Source: Squalus acanthias (taxonomy: Eukaryota). Taken from it: DNA of 64,000 nucleotides. The position numbers and the translations under genes were made by a program. The notes beneath the pieces were generated by a model. It saw nothing but the letters and a program-made list of their open reading frames with translations, was not told the DNA's origin and made no database searches. The stretch covers positions 1-64,000 of the forward strand of contig JASTWF010000358.1 of assembly GCA_030390025.1 (NCBI GenBank), in the 5' to 3' direction. Below are positions 1 to 12,114 of this stretch, in pieces (position 1 is the first letter of the stretch; every line of letters starts with the position of its first letter).

Positions 1-58
1 GTGGTGAGTATCCCCGCCTGTCACGCGGGAGACCGGGGTTCAATTCCCCGACGGGGAG
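1..58 (+). tRNA. tRNA-Asp(GTC) copy 1, first 14 nt outside the window
   Basis: GTGGTGAGTATCCCCGCCT-GTC-ACGCGGGAGACCGGGGTTCAATTCCCCGACGGGGAG, then T6. Confidence 0.95.
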
Positions 59-60
59 TC

Positions 61-66
61 TTTTTT
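61..66 (+). terminator. Pol III terminator (T6) after tRNA-Asp, repeated in each unit
   Basis: TTTTTT 2 nt after the tRNA 3' end. The Glu gene has T4 at 721-724. Confidence 0.85.
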
Positions 67-192
67 CAAATCCCCAATTTTAATCCTATGGGCAGCTCTT
101 TGAATGCTCGTTGGAAAAGATGAACAGAAAAAAAAGCAACGAAAATAATATACCGGCATGCAAAGAACTGTATAACAACTTCCTGCACCAGT

Positions 193-209
193 TCCTCGTT
201 AGTATCGTG
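193..209 (+). pseudogene. 5' fragment of tRNA-Asp (in each unit)
   Basis: TCCTCGTTAGTATCGTG matches the tRNA-Asp 5' end at 16/17 nt and is preceded by CCAG-Y like the real gene. Confidence 0.7.
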
Positions 210-389
210 CTTTCCCTCTCGCGTTTGTGTGGGGCACGGAGGAGTGAGAGTGACAGAGCAAATGAGATTAACAGGGATTCACAGAAACAGCGGGAGTGTG
301 GGACATTACACGCAAAAACAGAGCACACACAAGTGTGTGTATGTTGAAGTATTTGTCTCAAGCAATGCATAACCATTTCCTCTGCAATG

Positions 390-427
390 TCCCTGATATT
401 ATTGTGGTGAGTAGCCAATTCCCCGAC
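390..427 (+). pseudogene. Internally deleted tRNA-Asp relic (in each unit)
   Basis: TCCCTGATATTATTGTGGTGAGTA (19/24 to tRNA-Asp 1-24) joined via GCC to AATTCCCCGAC (T-arm/acceptor). The anticodon arm is absent. Confidence 0.7.
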
Positions 428-641
428 AGCTTCTCTCTGACTGTCTGTCTCTGTGTGTCCCTGAGAAAAGCACAGAAGGAAATAGATTTGAAATGGATGC
501 CTGCCCGCACTTGTGCTGTGTTTTCGAGAACATGTCTTCTTATACGAAAAATGTGCGTGGCGTGATAGCGATCTGAATTTCCAAGCAGCAAGGAGGAAGG
601 ACTGCGTTGCTCTGCTTGCTGGCAGTAAGCTTGTTGCAGTT

Positions 642-713
642 TCCCTGGTGGTCTAGTGGTTAGGATTCGGCGCTTTCACCGCCGCGGCCCGGGTTCGATT
701 CCCGGTCAGGGAG
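642..713 (+). tRNA. tRNA-Glu(TTC) copy 1
   Basis: TCCCTGGTGGTCTAGTGGTTAGGATTCGGCGCT-TTC-ACCGCCGCGGCCCGGGTTCGATTCCCGGTCAGGGAG; A and B boxes intact. Confidence 0.96.
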
Positions 714-1099
714 AAGTGTGTTTTGGGGCTGTTTGAAATGCCTCCAATCACAGCACCCGCGCGAAGCAATGCTTGCTCCTGATCTAACTCTCCACACCGC
801 TGTTTACTCGACAGTCGGCAGCGCATCATTCGGTGCAGCGATAAAAAATGCACTGCCTTGCCTTCTGTGAAATGCCTCATGTTAGCAGGAAATGACATTT
901 GGAACGAAACAATTTAAATGTTTACATGCCTATATTTAACTGCAGCTCACAGTTTCAGAAAAGACACGCTTATCGTTCGCCTTCTATTTAAGTTCTTGAA
1001 CTGCATCCTTAGCTTATCACAGCACGGCTATCAATCAATTCATTGCCAGTGTGAAAAATACAACATTTGAAACTTAGCAACGTGTGCAAAACTGGAAAG

Positions 1100-1371
1100 A
1101 AAGAGGGCAGTGATAACTTATCCTGAGCATTTAGAGATTCGTTAGGCCTGACCCTTTGCTGTTTAAGAAATGTCTCCTCATCTTCCCCTCTGGTTCTTTT
1201 GCCGGTTATCTTCAATCAGTGTCCTCTGGTTATCGAACGTCCGACAACTGGAAATGGTTTCTCCTTATTTACTCTATTTGAAAACGTCTGTTAAATTTCC
1301 TCTTAAACTTCTGAGGAAAGCAATCCCAGCTTCGCCAGCCTCTCAACATAACTGATGTCCCTCATCCCTGA
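1100..1371 (-). mobile_element. Degenerate CR1 LINE ORF2 C-terminal fragment (in each unit); ends approximate
   Basis: Reverse strand reads GMRDISYVERLAKLGL... then FP...TRGH-like segments, matching the CR1 C-terminus at ~31880-32120. Confidence 0.75.
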
Positions 1372-1451
1372 TGGCCACTCTGTGAGACGTCAAACCGAGT
1401 ATCTCGCTCTGTGTCTCTGTCTCCCTCTGTGTCCCTGACTCGCTCTCTCTG

Positions 1452-1815
1452 TTTAAGATTCTGAGGGGGATCGACAATTGTTGATGCAGAGAGGATGTTT
1501 CCCCTGGTGGGGAAATGTAGAACTAGGGGGCACGGTTTCAGAATAAGGGGTCGCCCATTGAAAACGGAGATGAGGAGGATTTTCTTCTCTCAGAGTGTCG
1601 TGAATCTTTGGAATTATCTACCCCAGAGAGCGATGGGGGTGGCGACATTGAATATGTACATTTGAGCTACAGGGGAGACAAGGGTTAAGGGGAGCGAGCG
1701 GGAAAGTGGCATTGTAGTGCGGCCAAGATCTGCTCAGCCATGATGTTATTGAATGGCGGAGCAGGGTCGAGGGGCAGAATTGCTTACCCCTGCTCCTATT
1801 TCTTCTGTTTTTCTT
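1452..1815 (+). mobile_element. 5'-truncated CR1 LINE 3' end (in each unit)
   Basis: Colinear with 31970-32350: GATGCAGAGAGGATGTTTCCC...TCAGCCATGAT...AATGGCGGAGCAGG...CCTGCTCCTAT plus a degenerate tail. Confidence 0.9.
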
Positions 1816-1889
1816 CTGTCTTTCTCTTGCCTCTTTCTCACTCTGTTCACAGGTCGATTCTTGCTCCAACAGGCTCCCCAACTGCCAGC

Positions 1890-1960
1890 TCCTCGTTAGT
1901 ATAGTGGTGAGTATCCCCGCCTGTCACGCGGGAGACCGGGGTTCAATTCCCCGACGGGAG
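1890..1960 (+). tRNA. tRNA-Asp(GTC) copy 2, one G missing in the 3' acceptor strand
   Basis: Ends GACGGGAG instead of GACGGGGAG; could be a homopolymer error. Confidence 0.85.
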
Positions 1961-2543
1961 TCTTTTTTCAAATCCCCAATTTTAATCCTATGGGCAGCTC
2001 TTTGAAATGCTCGTTGGAAAAGATGAACAGAAAAAAAGCAACGAAAATAATATACCGGCATGCAAAGAACTGTATAACAACTTCCTGCACCAGTTCCTCG
2101 TTAGTATCGTGCTTTCCCTCTCGCGTTTGTGTGGGGCACGGAGGAGTGAGAGTGACAGAGCAAATGAGATTAACAGGGATTCACAGAAACAGCGGGATTG
2201 TGGGACATTACACGCAAAAACAGAGCACACACAAGTGTGTGTATGTTGAAGTATTTGTCTCAAGCAATGCATAACCATTTCCTCTGCAATGTCCCTGATA
2301 TTATTGTGGTGAGTAGCCAATTCCCCGACAGCTTCTCTCTGACTGTCTGTCTCTGTGTGTCCCTGAGAAAAGCGCAGAAGGAAATAGATTTGAAATGGAT
2401 GCCTGCCCGCACTTGTGCTGTGTTTTCGAGAACATGTCTTCTTATACGAAAAATGTGCGTGGCGTGATAGCGATCTGAATTTCCAAGCAGCAAGGAGGAA
2501 GGACTGCGTTGCTCTGCTTGCTGGCAGTAAGCTTGTTGCAGTT

Positions 2544-2615
2544 TCCCTGGTGGTCTAGTGGTTAGGATTCGGCGCTTTCACCGCCGCGGCCCGGGTTCGA
2601 TTCCCGGTCAGGGAG
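2544..2615 (+). tRNA. tRNA-Glu(TTC) copy 2
   Basis: Identical to copy 1. Confidence 0.96.
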
Positions 2616-3791
2616 AAGTGTGTTTTGGGGCTGTTTGAAATGCCTCCAATCACAGCACCCGCGCGAAGCAATGCTTGCTCCTGATCTAACTCTCCACACC
2701 GCTGTTTACTCGACAGTCGGCAGCGCATCATTCGGTGCAGCGATAAAAAATGCACTGCCTTGCCTTCTGTGAAATGCCTCATGTTAGCAGGAAATGACAT
2801 TTGGAACGAAACAATTTAAATGTTTACATGCCTATATTTAACTGCAGCTCACAGTTTCAGAAAAGACACGCTTATCGTTCGCCTTCTATTTAAGTTCTTG
2901 AACTGCATCCTTAGCTTATCACAGCACGGCTATCAATCAATTCATTGCCAGTGTGAAAAATACAACATTTGAAACTTAGCAACGTGTGCAAAACTGGAAA
3001 GAAAGAGGGCAGTGATAACTTATCCTGAGCATTTAGAGATTCGTTAGGCCTGACCCTTTGCTGTTTAAGAAATGTCTCCTCATCTTCCCCTCTGGTTCTT
3101 TTGCCGGTTATCTTCAATCAGTGTCCTCTGGTTATCGAACGTCCGACAACTGGAAATGGTTTCTCCTTATTTACTCTATTTGAAAACGTCTGTTAAATTT
3201 CCTCTTAAACTTCTGAGGAAAGCAATCCCAGCTTCGCCAGCCTCTCAACATAACTGATGTCCCTCATCCCTGATGGCCACTCTGTGAGACGTCAAACCGA
3301 GTATCTCGCTCTGTGTCTCTGTCTCCCTCTTTGTCCCTGACTCGCTCTCTCTGTTTAAGATTCTGAGGGGGATCGACAATTGTTGATGCAGAGAGGATGT
3401 TTCCCCTGGTGGGGAAATGTAGAACTAGGGGGCACGGTTTCAGAATAAGGGGTCGCCCATTGAAAACGGAGATGAGGAGGATTTTCTTCTCTCAGAGTGT
3501 CGTGAATCTTTGGAATTATCTACCCCAGAGAGCGATGGGGGTGGCGACATTGAATATGTACATTTGAGCTACAGGGGAGACAAGGGTTAAGGGGAGCGAG
3601 CGGGAAAGTGGCATTGTAGTGCGGCCAAGATCTGCTCAGCCATGATGTTATTGAATGGCGGAGCAGGGTCGAGGGGCAGAATTGCTTACCCCTGCTCCTA
3701 TTTCTTCTGTTTTTCTTCTGTCTTTCTCTTGCCTCTTTCTCACTCTGTTCACAGGTCGATTCTTGCTCCAACAGGCTCCCCAACTGCCAGC

Positions 3792-3863
3792 TCCTCGTTA
3801 GTATAGTGGTGAGTATCCCCGCCTGTCACGCGGGAGACCGGGGTTCAATTCCCCGACGGGGAG
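3792..3863 (+). tRNA. tRNA-Asp(GTC) copy 3
   Basis: Full 72-nt canonical vertebrate-type tRNA-Asp. Confidence 0.97.
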
Positions 3864-4446
3864 TCTTTTTTCAAATCCCCAATTTTAATCCTATGGGCAG
3901 CTCTTTGAAATGCTCGTTGGAAAAGATGAACAGAAAAAAAGCAACGAAAATAATATACCGGCATGCAAAGAACTGTATAACAACTTCCTGCACCAGTTCC
4001 TCGTTAGTATCGTGCTTTCCCTCTCGCGTTTGTGTGGGGCACGGAGGAGTGAGAGTGACAGAGCAAATGAGATTAACAGGGATTCACAGAAACAGCGGGA
4101 GTGTGGGACATTACACGCAAAAACAGAGCACACACAAGTGTGTGTATGTTGAAGTATTTGTCTCAAGCAATGCATAACCATTTCCTCTGCAATGTCCCTG
4201 ATATTATTGTTGTGAGTAGCCAATTCCCCGACAGCTTCTCTCTGACTGTCTGTCTCTGTGTGTCCCTGAGAAAAGCGCAGAAGGAAATAGATTTGAAATG
4301 GATGCCTGCCCGCACTTGTGCTGTGTTTTCGAGAACATGTCTTCTTATACGAAAAATGTGCGTGGCGTGATAGCGATCTGAATTTCCAAGCAGCAAGGAG
4401 GAAGGACTGCGTTGCTCTGCTTGCTGGCAGTAAGCTTGTTGCAGTT

Positions 4447-4518
4447 TCCCTGGTGGTCTAGTGGTTAGGATTCGGCGCTTTCACCGCCGCGGCCCGGGTT
4501 CGATTCCCGGTCAGGGAG
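4447..4518 (+). tRNA. tRNA-Glu(TTC) copy 3
   Basis: Identical to copy 1. Confidence 0.96.
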
Positions 4519-5694
4519 AAGTGTGTTTTGGGGCTGTTTGAAATGCCTCCAATCACAGCACCCGCGCGAAGCAATGCTTGCTCCTGATCTAACTCTCCAC
4601 ACCGCTGTTTACTCGACAGTCGGCAGCGCATCATTCGGTGCAGCGATAAAAAATGCACTGCCTTGCCTTCTGTGAAATGCCTCATGTTAGCAGGAAATGA
4701 CATTTGGAACGAAACAATTTAAATGTTTACATGCCTATATTTAACTGCAGCTCACAGTTTCAGAAAAGACACGCTTATCGTTCGCCTTCTATTTAAGTTC
4801 TTGAACTGCATCCTTAGCTTATCACAGCACGGCTATCAATCAATTCATTGCCAGTGTGAAAAATACAACATTTGAAACTTAGCAACGTGTGCAAAACTGG
4901 AAAGAAAGAGGGCAGTGATAACTTATCCTGAGCATTTAGAGATTCGTTAGGCCTGAGCCTTTGCTGTGTAAGAAATGTCTCCTCATCTTCCCCTCTGGTT
5001 CTTTTGCCGGTTATCTTCAATCAGTGTCCTCTGGTTATCGAACGTCCGACAACTGGAAATGGTTTCTCCTTATTTACTCTATTTGAAAACGTCTGTTAAA
5101 TTTCCTCTTAAACTTCTGAGGAAAGCAATCCCAGCTTCGCCAGCCTCTCAACATAACTGATGTCCCTCATCCCTGATGGCCACTCTGTGAGACGTCAAAG
5201 CGAGTATCTCGCTCTGTGTCTCTGTCTCCCTCTTTGTCCCTGACTCTCTCTCTCTGTTTAAGATTCTGAGGGGGATCGACAATTGTTGATGCAGAGAGGA
5301 TGTTTCCCCTGGTGGGGAAATGTAGAACTAGGGGGCACGGTTTCAGAATAAGGGGTCGCCCATTGAAAACGGAGATGAGGAGGATTTTCTTCTCTCAGAA
5401 TGTCGTGAATCTTTGGAATTATCTACCCCAGAGAGCGATGGGGGTGGCGACATTGAATATGTACATTTGAGCTACAGGGGAGACAAGGGTTAAGGGGAGC
5501 GAGCGTGAAAGTGGCATTGTAGTGCGGCCAAGATCTGCTCAGCCATGATGTTATTGAATGGCGGAGCAGGGTCGAGGGGCAGAATTGCTTACCCCTGCTC
5601 CTATTTCTTCTGTTATTCTTCTGTCTTTCTCTTGCCTCTTTCTCACTCTGTTCACAGGTCGATTCTTGCTCCAACAGGCTCCCCAACTGCCAGC

Positions 5695-5766
5695 TCCTCG
5701 TTAGTATAGTGGTGAGTATCCCCGCCTGTCACGCGGGAGACCGGGGTTCAATTCCCCGACGGGAAG
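5695..5766 (+). tRNA. tRNA-Asp(GTC) copy 4, acceptor-stem mismatch
   Basis: Ends GACGGGAAG, giving a C2:A71 mismatch. Confidence 0.85.
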
Positions 5767-6339
5767 TCTTTTTTTCAAATCCCCAATTTTAATCCTATGG
5801 GCAGCTCTTTGAAATGCTCGTTGGAAAAGATGAACAGAAAAAAAGCAACGAAAATAATATACCGGCATGCAAAGAACTGTATAACAACTTCCTGCACCAG
5901 TTCCTCGTTAGTATCGTGCTTTCCCTCTCGCGTTTGTGTGGGGCACGGAGGAGTGAGAGTGACAGAGCAAATGAGATTAACAGGGATTCACAGAAACAGC
6001 GGGAGTGTGGGACATTACACGCAAAAACAGAGCACACACAAGTGTGTGTCTGTTGAAGTATTTGTCTCAAGCATTTCCTCTGCAATGTCCCTGATATTAT
6101 CGTGATGAGTAGCCAATTCCCCGACAGCTTCTCTCTGACTGTCTGTCTCTGTGTGTCCCTGAGAAAAGCACAGAAGGAAATAGATTTGAAATGGATGCCT
6201 GCCCGCACTTGTGCTGTGTTTTCGAGAACATGTCTTCTTATACGAAAAATGTGCGTGGCGTGATAGCGATCTGAATTTCCAAGCAGCAAGGAGGAAGGAC
6301 TGCGTTGCTCTGCTTGCTGGCAGTAAGCTTGTTGCAGTT

Positions 6340-6411
6340 TCCCTGGTGGTCTAGTGGTTAGGATTCGGCGTTTTCACCGCCGCGGCCTGGGTTCGATTCC
6401 CGGTCAGGGAG
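6340..6411 (+). tRNA. tRNA-Glu(TTC) copy 4, variant
   Basis: Anticodon loop TTTTCAC (C32T, creates an internal T4) and T-stem CCTGGG. Confidence 0.85.
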
Positions 6412-7587
6412 AAGTGTGTTTTGGGGCTGTTTGAAATGCCTCCAATCACAGCACCCGCGCGAAGCAATGCTTGCTCCTGATCTAACTCTCCACACCCCTG
6501 TTTCCTCGACAGTCGGCAGCGCATCATTCGGTACAGCGATAAAAATGCACTGCCTTGCCTTCTGTGAAATGCCTCATGTTAGCAGGAAAATGGCATTTGG
6601 AACCAAACAATTTAAATGTTTACATGCCTATATTTAACTGCAGCTCACATTTTCAGAAAAGACACGCTTATCGTTCGCCTTCTATTTAAGTTCTTGAACT
6701 GCATCCTTAGCTTATCACAGCACGGCTATCAATCAATTCATTGCCAGTGTGAAAAATACAACATTTGAAACTTAGCAACGTGTGCAAAACTGGAAAGAAA
6801 GAGGGCAGTGATAACTTATCCTGAGCATTTAGAGATTCGTTAGGCCTGAGCCTTTGCTGTGTAAGAAATGTCTCCTCATCTTCCCCTCTGGTTCTTTTGC
6901 CGGTTATCTTCAATCAGTGTCCTCTGGTTATCGAACGTCCGACAACTGGAAATGGTTTCTCCTTATTTACTCTATTTGAAAACGTCTGTTAAATTTCCTC
7001 TTAAACTTCTGAGGAAAGCAATCCCAGCTTCGCCAGCCTCTCAACATAACTGATGTCCCTCATCCCTGATGGCCACTCTGTGAGACGTCAAAGCGAGTAT
7101 CTCGCTCTGTGTCTCTGTCTCCCTCTTTGTCCCTGACTCTCTCTCTCTGTTTAAGATTCTGAGGGGGATCGACAATTGTTGATGCAGAGAGGATGTTTCC
7201 CCTGGTGGGGAAATGTAGAACTAGGGGGCACGGTTTCAGAATAAGGGGTCGCCCATTGAAAACGGAGATGAGGAGGATTTTCTTCTCTCAGAATGTCGTG
7301 AATCTTTGGAATTATCTACCCCAGAGAGCGATGGGGGTGGCGACATTGAATATGTACATTTGAGCTACAGGGGAGACAAGGGTTAAGGGGAGCGAGCGGG
7401 AAAGTGGCATTGTAGTGCGGCCAAGATCTGCTCAGCCATGATGTTATTGAATGGCGGAGCAGGGTCGAGGGGCAGAATTGCTTACCCCTGCTCCTATTTC
7501 TTCTGTTTTTCTTCTGTCTTTCTCTTGCCTCTTTTTCACTCTGTTCACAGGTCGATTCTTGCTCCAACAGGCTCCCCAACTGCCAGC

Positions 7588-7659
7588 TCCTCGTTAGTAT
7601 AGTGGTGAGTATCCCCGCCTGTCACGCGGGAGACCGGGGTTCAATTCCCCGACGGGGAG
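7588..7659 (+). tRNA. tRNA-Asp(GTC) copy 5
   Basis: Canonical 72 nt. Confidence 0.97.
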
Positions 7660-8231
7660 TCTTTTTTCAAATCCCCAATTTTAATCCTATGGGCAGCTCT
7701 TTGAAATGCTCGTTGGAAAAGATGAACAGAAAAAAAGCAACGAAAATAATATACCGGCATGCAAAGAACTGTATAACAACTTCCTGCACCAGTTCCTCGT
7801 TAGTATCGTGCTTTCCCTCTCGCGTTTGTGTGGGGCACGGAGGAGTGAGAGTGACAGAGCAAATGAGATTAACAGGGATTCACAGAAACAGCGGGAGTGT
7901 GGGACATTACACGCAAAAACAGAGCACACACAAGTGTGTGTATGTTGAAGTATTTGTCTCAAGCATTTCCTCTGCAATGTCCCTGATATTATCGTGGTGA
8001 GTAGCCAATTCCCCGATAGCTTCTCTCTGACTGTCTGTCTCTGTGTGTCCCTGAGAAAAGCACAGAAGGAAATAGATTTGAAATGGATGCCTGCCCGCAC
8101 TTGTGCTGTGTTTTCGAGAACATGTCTTCTTATACGAAAAATGTGCGTGGCCTGATAGCGATCTGAATTTCCAAGCAGCAAGGAGGAAGGACTGCGTTGC
8201 TCTGCTTGCTGGCAGTAAGCTTGTTGCAGTT

Positions 8232-8303
8232 TCCCTGGTGGTCTAGTGGTTAGGATTCGGCGCTTTCACCGCCGCGGCCTGGGTTCGATTCCCGGTCAGG
8301 GAG
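8232..8303 (+). tRNA. tRNA-Glu(TTC) copy 5, T-stem C>T variant
   Basis: GGCCTGGGTTCG, otherwise as copy 1. Confidence 0.9.
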
Positions 8304-9478
8304 AAGTGTGTTTTGGGGCTGTTTGAAATGCCTCCAATCACAGCACCCGCGCGAAGCAATGCTTGCTCCTGATCAAACTCTCCACACCCCTGTTTACTCG
8401 ACAGTCGGCAGCGCATCATTCGGTACAGCGATAAAAATGCACTGCCTTGCCTTCTGTGAAATGCCTCATGTTAGCAGGAAAATGGCATTTGGAACCAAAC
8501 AATTTAAATGTTTACATGCCTATATTTAACTGCAGCTCACCTTTTCAGAAAAGACACGCTTATCGTTCGCCTTCTATTTAAGTTCTTGAACTGCATCCTT
8601 AGCTTATCACAGCACGGCTATCAATCAATTCATTGCCAGTGTGAAAAATACAACATTTGAAACTTAGCAACGTGTGCAAAACTGGAAAGAAAGAGGGCAG
8701 TGATAACTTATCCTGAGCATTTAGAGATTCGTTAGGCCTGAGCCTTTGCTGTGTAAGAAATGTCTCCTCATCTTCCCCTCTGGTTCTTTTGCCGGTTATC
8801 TTCAATCAGTGTCCTCTGGTTATCGAACGTCCGACAACTGGAAATGGTTTCTCCTTGTTTACTCTATTTGAAAACGTCTGTTAAATTTCCTCTTAAACTT
8901 CTGAGGAAAGCAATCCCAGCTTCGCCAGCCTCTCAACATAACTGATGTCCCTCATCCCTGATGGCCACTCTGTGAGACGTCAAACCGAGTATCTCGCTCT
9001 GTGTCTCTGTCTCCCTCTTTGTCCCTGACTCTCTCTCTCTGTTTAAGATTCTGAGGGGGATCGACAATTGTTGATGCAGAGAGGATGTTTCCCCTGGTGG
9101 GGAAATGTAGAACTAGGGGGCACGGTTTCAGAATAAGGGGTCGCCCATTGAAAACGGAGATGAGGAGGATTTTCTTCTCTCAGAGTGTCGTGAATCTTTG
9201 GAATTATCTACCCCAGAGAGCGATGGGGGTGGCGACATTGAATATGTACATTTGAGCTACAGGGGAGACAAGGGTTAAGGGGAGCGAGCGGGAAAGTGGC
9301 ATTGTAGTGCGGCCAAGATCTGCTCAGCCATGATGTTATTGAATGGCGGAGCAGGGTCGAGGGCAGAATTGCTTACCACTGCTCCTATTTCTTCTGTTTT
9401 TCTTCTGTCTTTCTCTTGCCTCTTTCTCACTCTGTTCACAGGTCGATTCTTGCTCCAACAGGCTCCCCAACTGCCAGC

Positions 9479-9550
9479 TCCTCGTTAGTATCGTGGTGAG
9501 TATCCCCGCCTGTCACGCGGGAGACCGGGGTTCAATTCCCCGACGGGGAG
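9479..9550 (+). tRNA. tRNA-Asp(GTC) copy 6, A14C variant
   Basis: TAGTATCGTGG instead of TAGTATAGTGG (A box, U8-A14 pair affected). Confidence 0.8.
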
Positions 9551-10122
9551 TCTTTTTTCAAATCCCCAATTTTAATCCTGTGGGCAGCTCTTTGAAATGC
9601 TCGTTGGAAAAGATGAACAGAAAAAAAGCAACGAAAATAATATACCGGCATGCAAAGAACTGTATAACAACTTCCTGCACCAGTTCCTCGTTTGTGTCGT
9701 GCTTTCCCTCTCGCGTTTGTGTGGGGCACGGAGGAGTGAGAGTGACAGAGCAAATGAGATTAACAGGGATTCACAGAAACAGCGGGAGTGTGGGACATTA
9801 CACGCAAAAACAGAGCACACACAAGTGTGTGTATGTTGAAGTATTTGTCTCAAGCATTTCCTCTGCAATGTCCCTGATATTATCGTGGTGTGTCGCCAAT
9901 TCCCCGATAGCTTCTCTCTGACTGTCTGTCTCTGTGTGTTCCTGAGAAAAGCACAGAAGGAAATAGATTTGAAATGGATGCCTGCCCGCACTTGTGCTGT
10001 GTTTTCGAGAACATGTCTTCTTATACGAAAAATGTGCGTGGCGTGATAGCGATCTGAATTTCCAAGCAGCAAGGAGGAAGGACTGCGTTGCTCTGCTTGC
10101 TGGCAGTAAGCTTGTTGCAGTT

Positions 10123-10194
10123 TCCCTGGTGGTCTAGTGGTTAGGATTCGGCGCTTTCACCACCGCGGCCCGGGTTCGCTTCCCGGTCAGGGAG
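10123..10194 (+). pseudogene. tRNA-Glu(TTC) copy 6, probably defective
   Basis: B box GTTCGCTT (A58C) and anticodon-stem G>A (CACCACCG). Confidence 0.75.
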
Positions 10195-11369
10195 AAGTGT
10201 GTTTTGGGGCTGTTTGAAATGCCTCCAATCACAGCACCCGCGCGAAGCAATGCTTGCTCTTGATCTAACTCTCCACACCGCTGTTTACTCGACAGTCGGC
10301 AGCGCATCATTCGGTACAGCGATAAAAAATGCACTGCCTTGCCTTCTGTGAAATGCCTCATGTTAGCAGGAAATGACATTTGGAACGAAACAATTTAAAT
10401 GTTTACATGCCTATATTTAACTGCAGCTCACATTTTCAGAAAAGACACGCTTATCGTTCGCCTTCTATTTAAGTTCTTGAACTGCATCCTTAGCTTATCA
10501 CAGCACGGCTATCAATCAATTCATTGCCAGTGTGAAAAATACAACATTTGAAACTTAGCAACGTGTGCAAAACTGGAAAGAAAGAGGGCAGTGATAACTT
10601 ATCCTGAGCATTTAGAGATTCGTTAGGCCTGAGCCTTTGCTGTGTAAGAAATGTCTCCTCATCTTCCCCTCTGGTTCTTTTGCCGGTTATCTTCAATCAG
10701 TGTCCTCTGGTTATCGAACGTCCGACAACTGGAAATGGTTTCTCCTTATTTACTCTATTTGAAAACGTCTGTTAAATTTCCTCTTAAACTTCTGAGGAAA
10801 GCAATCCCAGCTTCGCCAGCCTCTCAACATAACTGATGTCCCTCATCCCTGATGGCCACTCTGTGAGACGTCAAACCGAGCATCTCGCTCTGTGTCTCTG
10901 TCTCCCTCTTTGTCCCTGACTCTATCTCTCTGTTTAAGATTCTGAGGGGGATCGACAATTGTTGATGCAGAGAGGATGTTTCCCCTGGTGGGGAAATGTA
11001 GAACTAGGGGGCACGGTTTCAGAATAAGGGGTCGCCCATTGAAAACGGAGATGGGGAGGATTTTCTTCTCTCAGAGTGACGTGAATCTTTGGAATTATCT
11101 ACCCCAGAGAGCGATGGGGGTGGCGACATTGAATATATACATTTGAGCTACAGGGGAGACAAGGGTTAAGGGGAGCGAGCGGGAAAGTAGCATTGTAGTG
11201 CGGCCAAGATCTGCTCAGCCATGATGTTATTGAATGGCGGAGCAGGGTCGAGGGCAGAATTGCTTACCCCTGCTCCTATTTCTTCTGTTTTTCTTCTATC
11301 TTTCTCTTGCCTCTTTCTCACTCTGTTCATAGGTCGATTCTTGCTCCAACAGGCTCCCCAACTGCCAGC

Positions 11370-11441
11370 TCCTCGTTAGTATAGTGGTGAGTATCCCCGC
11401 CTGTCACGCGGGAGACCGGGGTTCAATTCCCCGACGGGGAG
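11370..11441 (+). tRNA. tRNA-Asp(GTC) copy 7
   Basis: Canonical 72 nt. Confidence 0.97.
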
Positions 11442-12024
11442 TCTTTTTTCAAATCCCCAATTTTAATCCTATGGGCAGCTCTTTGAAATGCTCGTTGGAA
11501 AAGATGAACAGAAAAAAAGCAACGAAAATAATATACCGGCATGCAAAGAACTGTATAACAACTTCCTGCACCAGTTCCTCGTTAGTATCGTGCTTTCCCT
11601 CTCGCGTTTGTGTGGGGCACGGAGGAGCGAGAGTGACAGAGCAAATGAGATTAACAGGGATTCACAGAAACAGCGGGAGTGTGGGACATTACACGCAAAA
11701 ACAGAGCACACACAAGTGTGTGTATGTTGAAGTATTTGTCTCAAGCAATGCATAACCATTTCCTCTGCAATGTCCCTGATATTATTGTGGTGAGTAGCCA
11801 ATTCCCCGACAGCTTCTCTCTGACTGTCTGTCTCTGTGTGTCCCTGAGAAAAGCACAGAAGGAAATAGATTTGAAATGGATGCCTGCCCGCACTTGTGCT
11901 GTGTTTTCGAGAACATGTCTTCTTATACGAAAAATGTGCGTGGCGTGATAGCGATCTGAATTTCCAAGCAGCAAGGAGGAAGGACTGCGTTGCTCTGCTT
12001 GCTGGCAGTAAGCTTGTTGCAGTT

Positions 12025-12114
12025 TCCCTGGTGGTCTAGTGGTTAGGATTCGGCGCTTTCACCGCCGCGGCCCGGGTTCGCTTCCCGGTCAGGGTTCGCT
12101 TCCCGGTCAGGGAG
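12025..12114 (+). pseudogene. tRNA-Glu(TTC) copy 7, A58C plus an 18-bp T-arm duplication
   Basis: GGGTTCGCTTCCCGGTCA repeated at 12074-12091 and 12092-12109. Confidence 0.85.

Noticed and set aside
642..1815. tRNA-head/CR1-tail SINE
   Set aside because: The tRNAs are complete, have their own T-run terminators, and lie over 700 bp from the same-strand CR1 tail.
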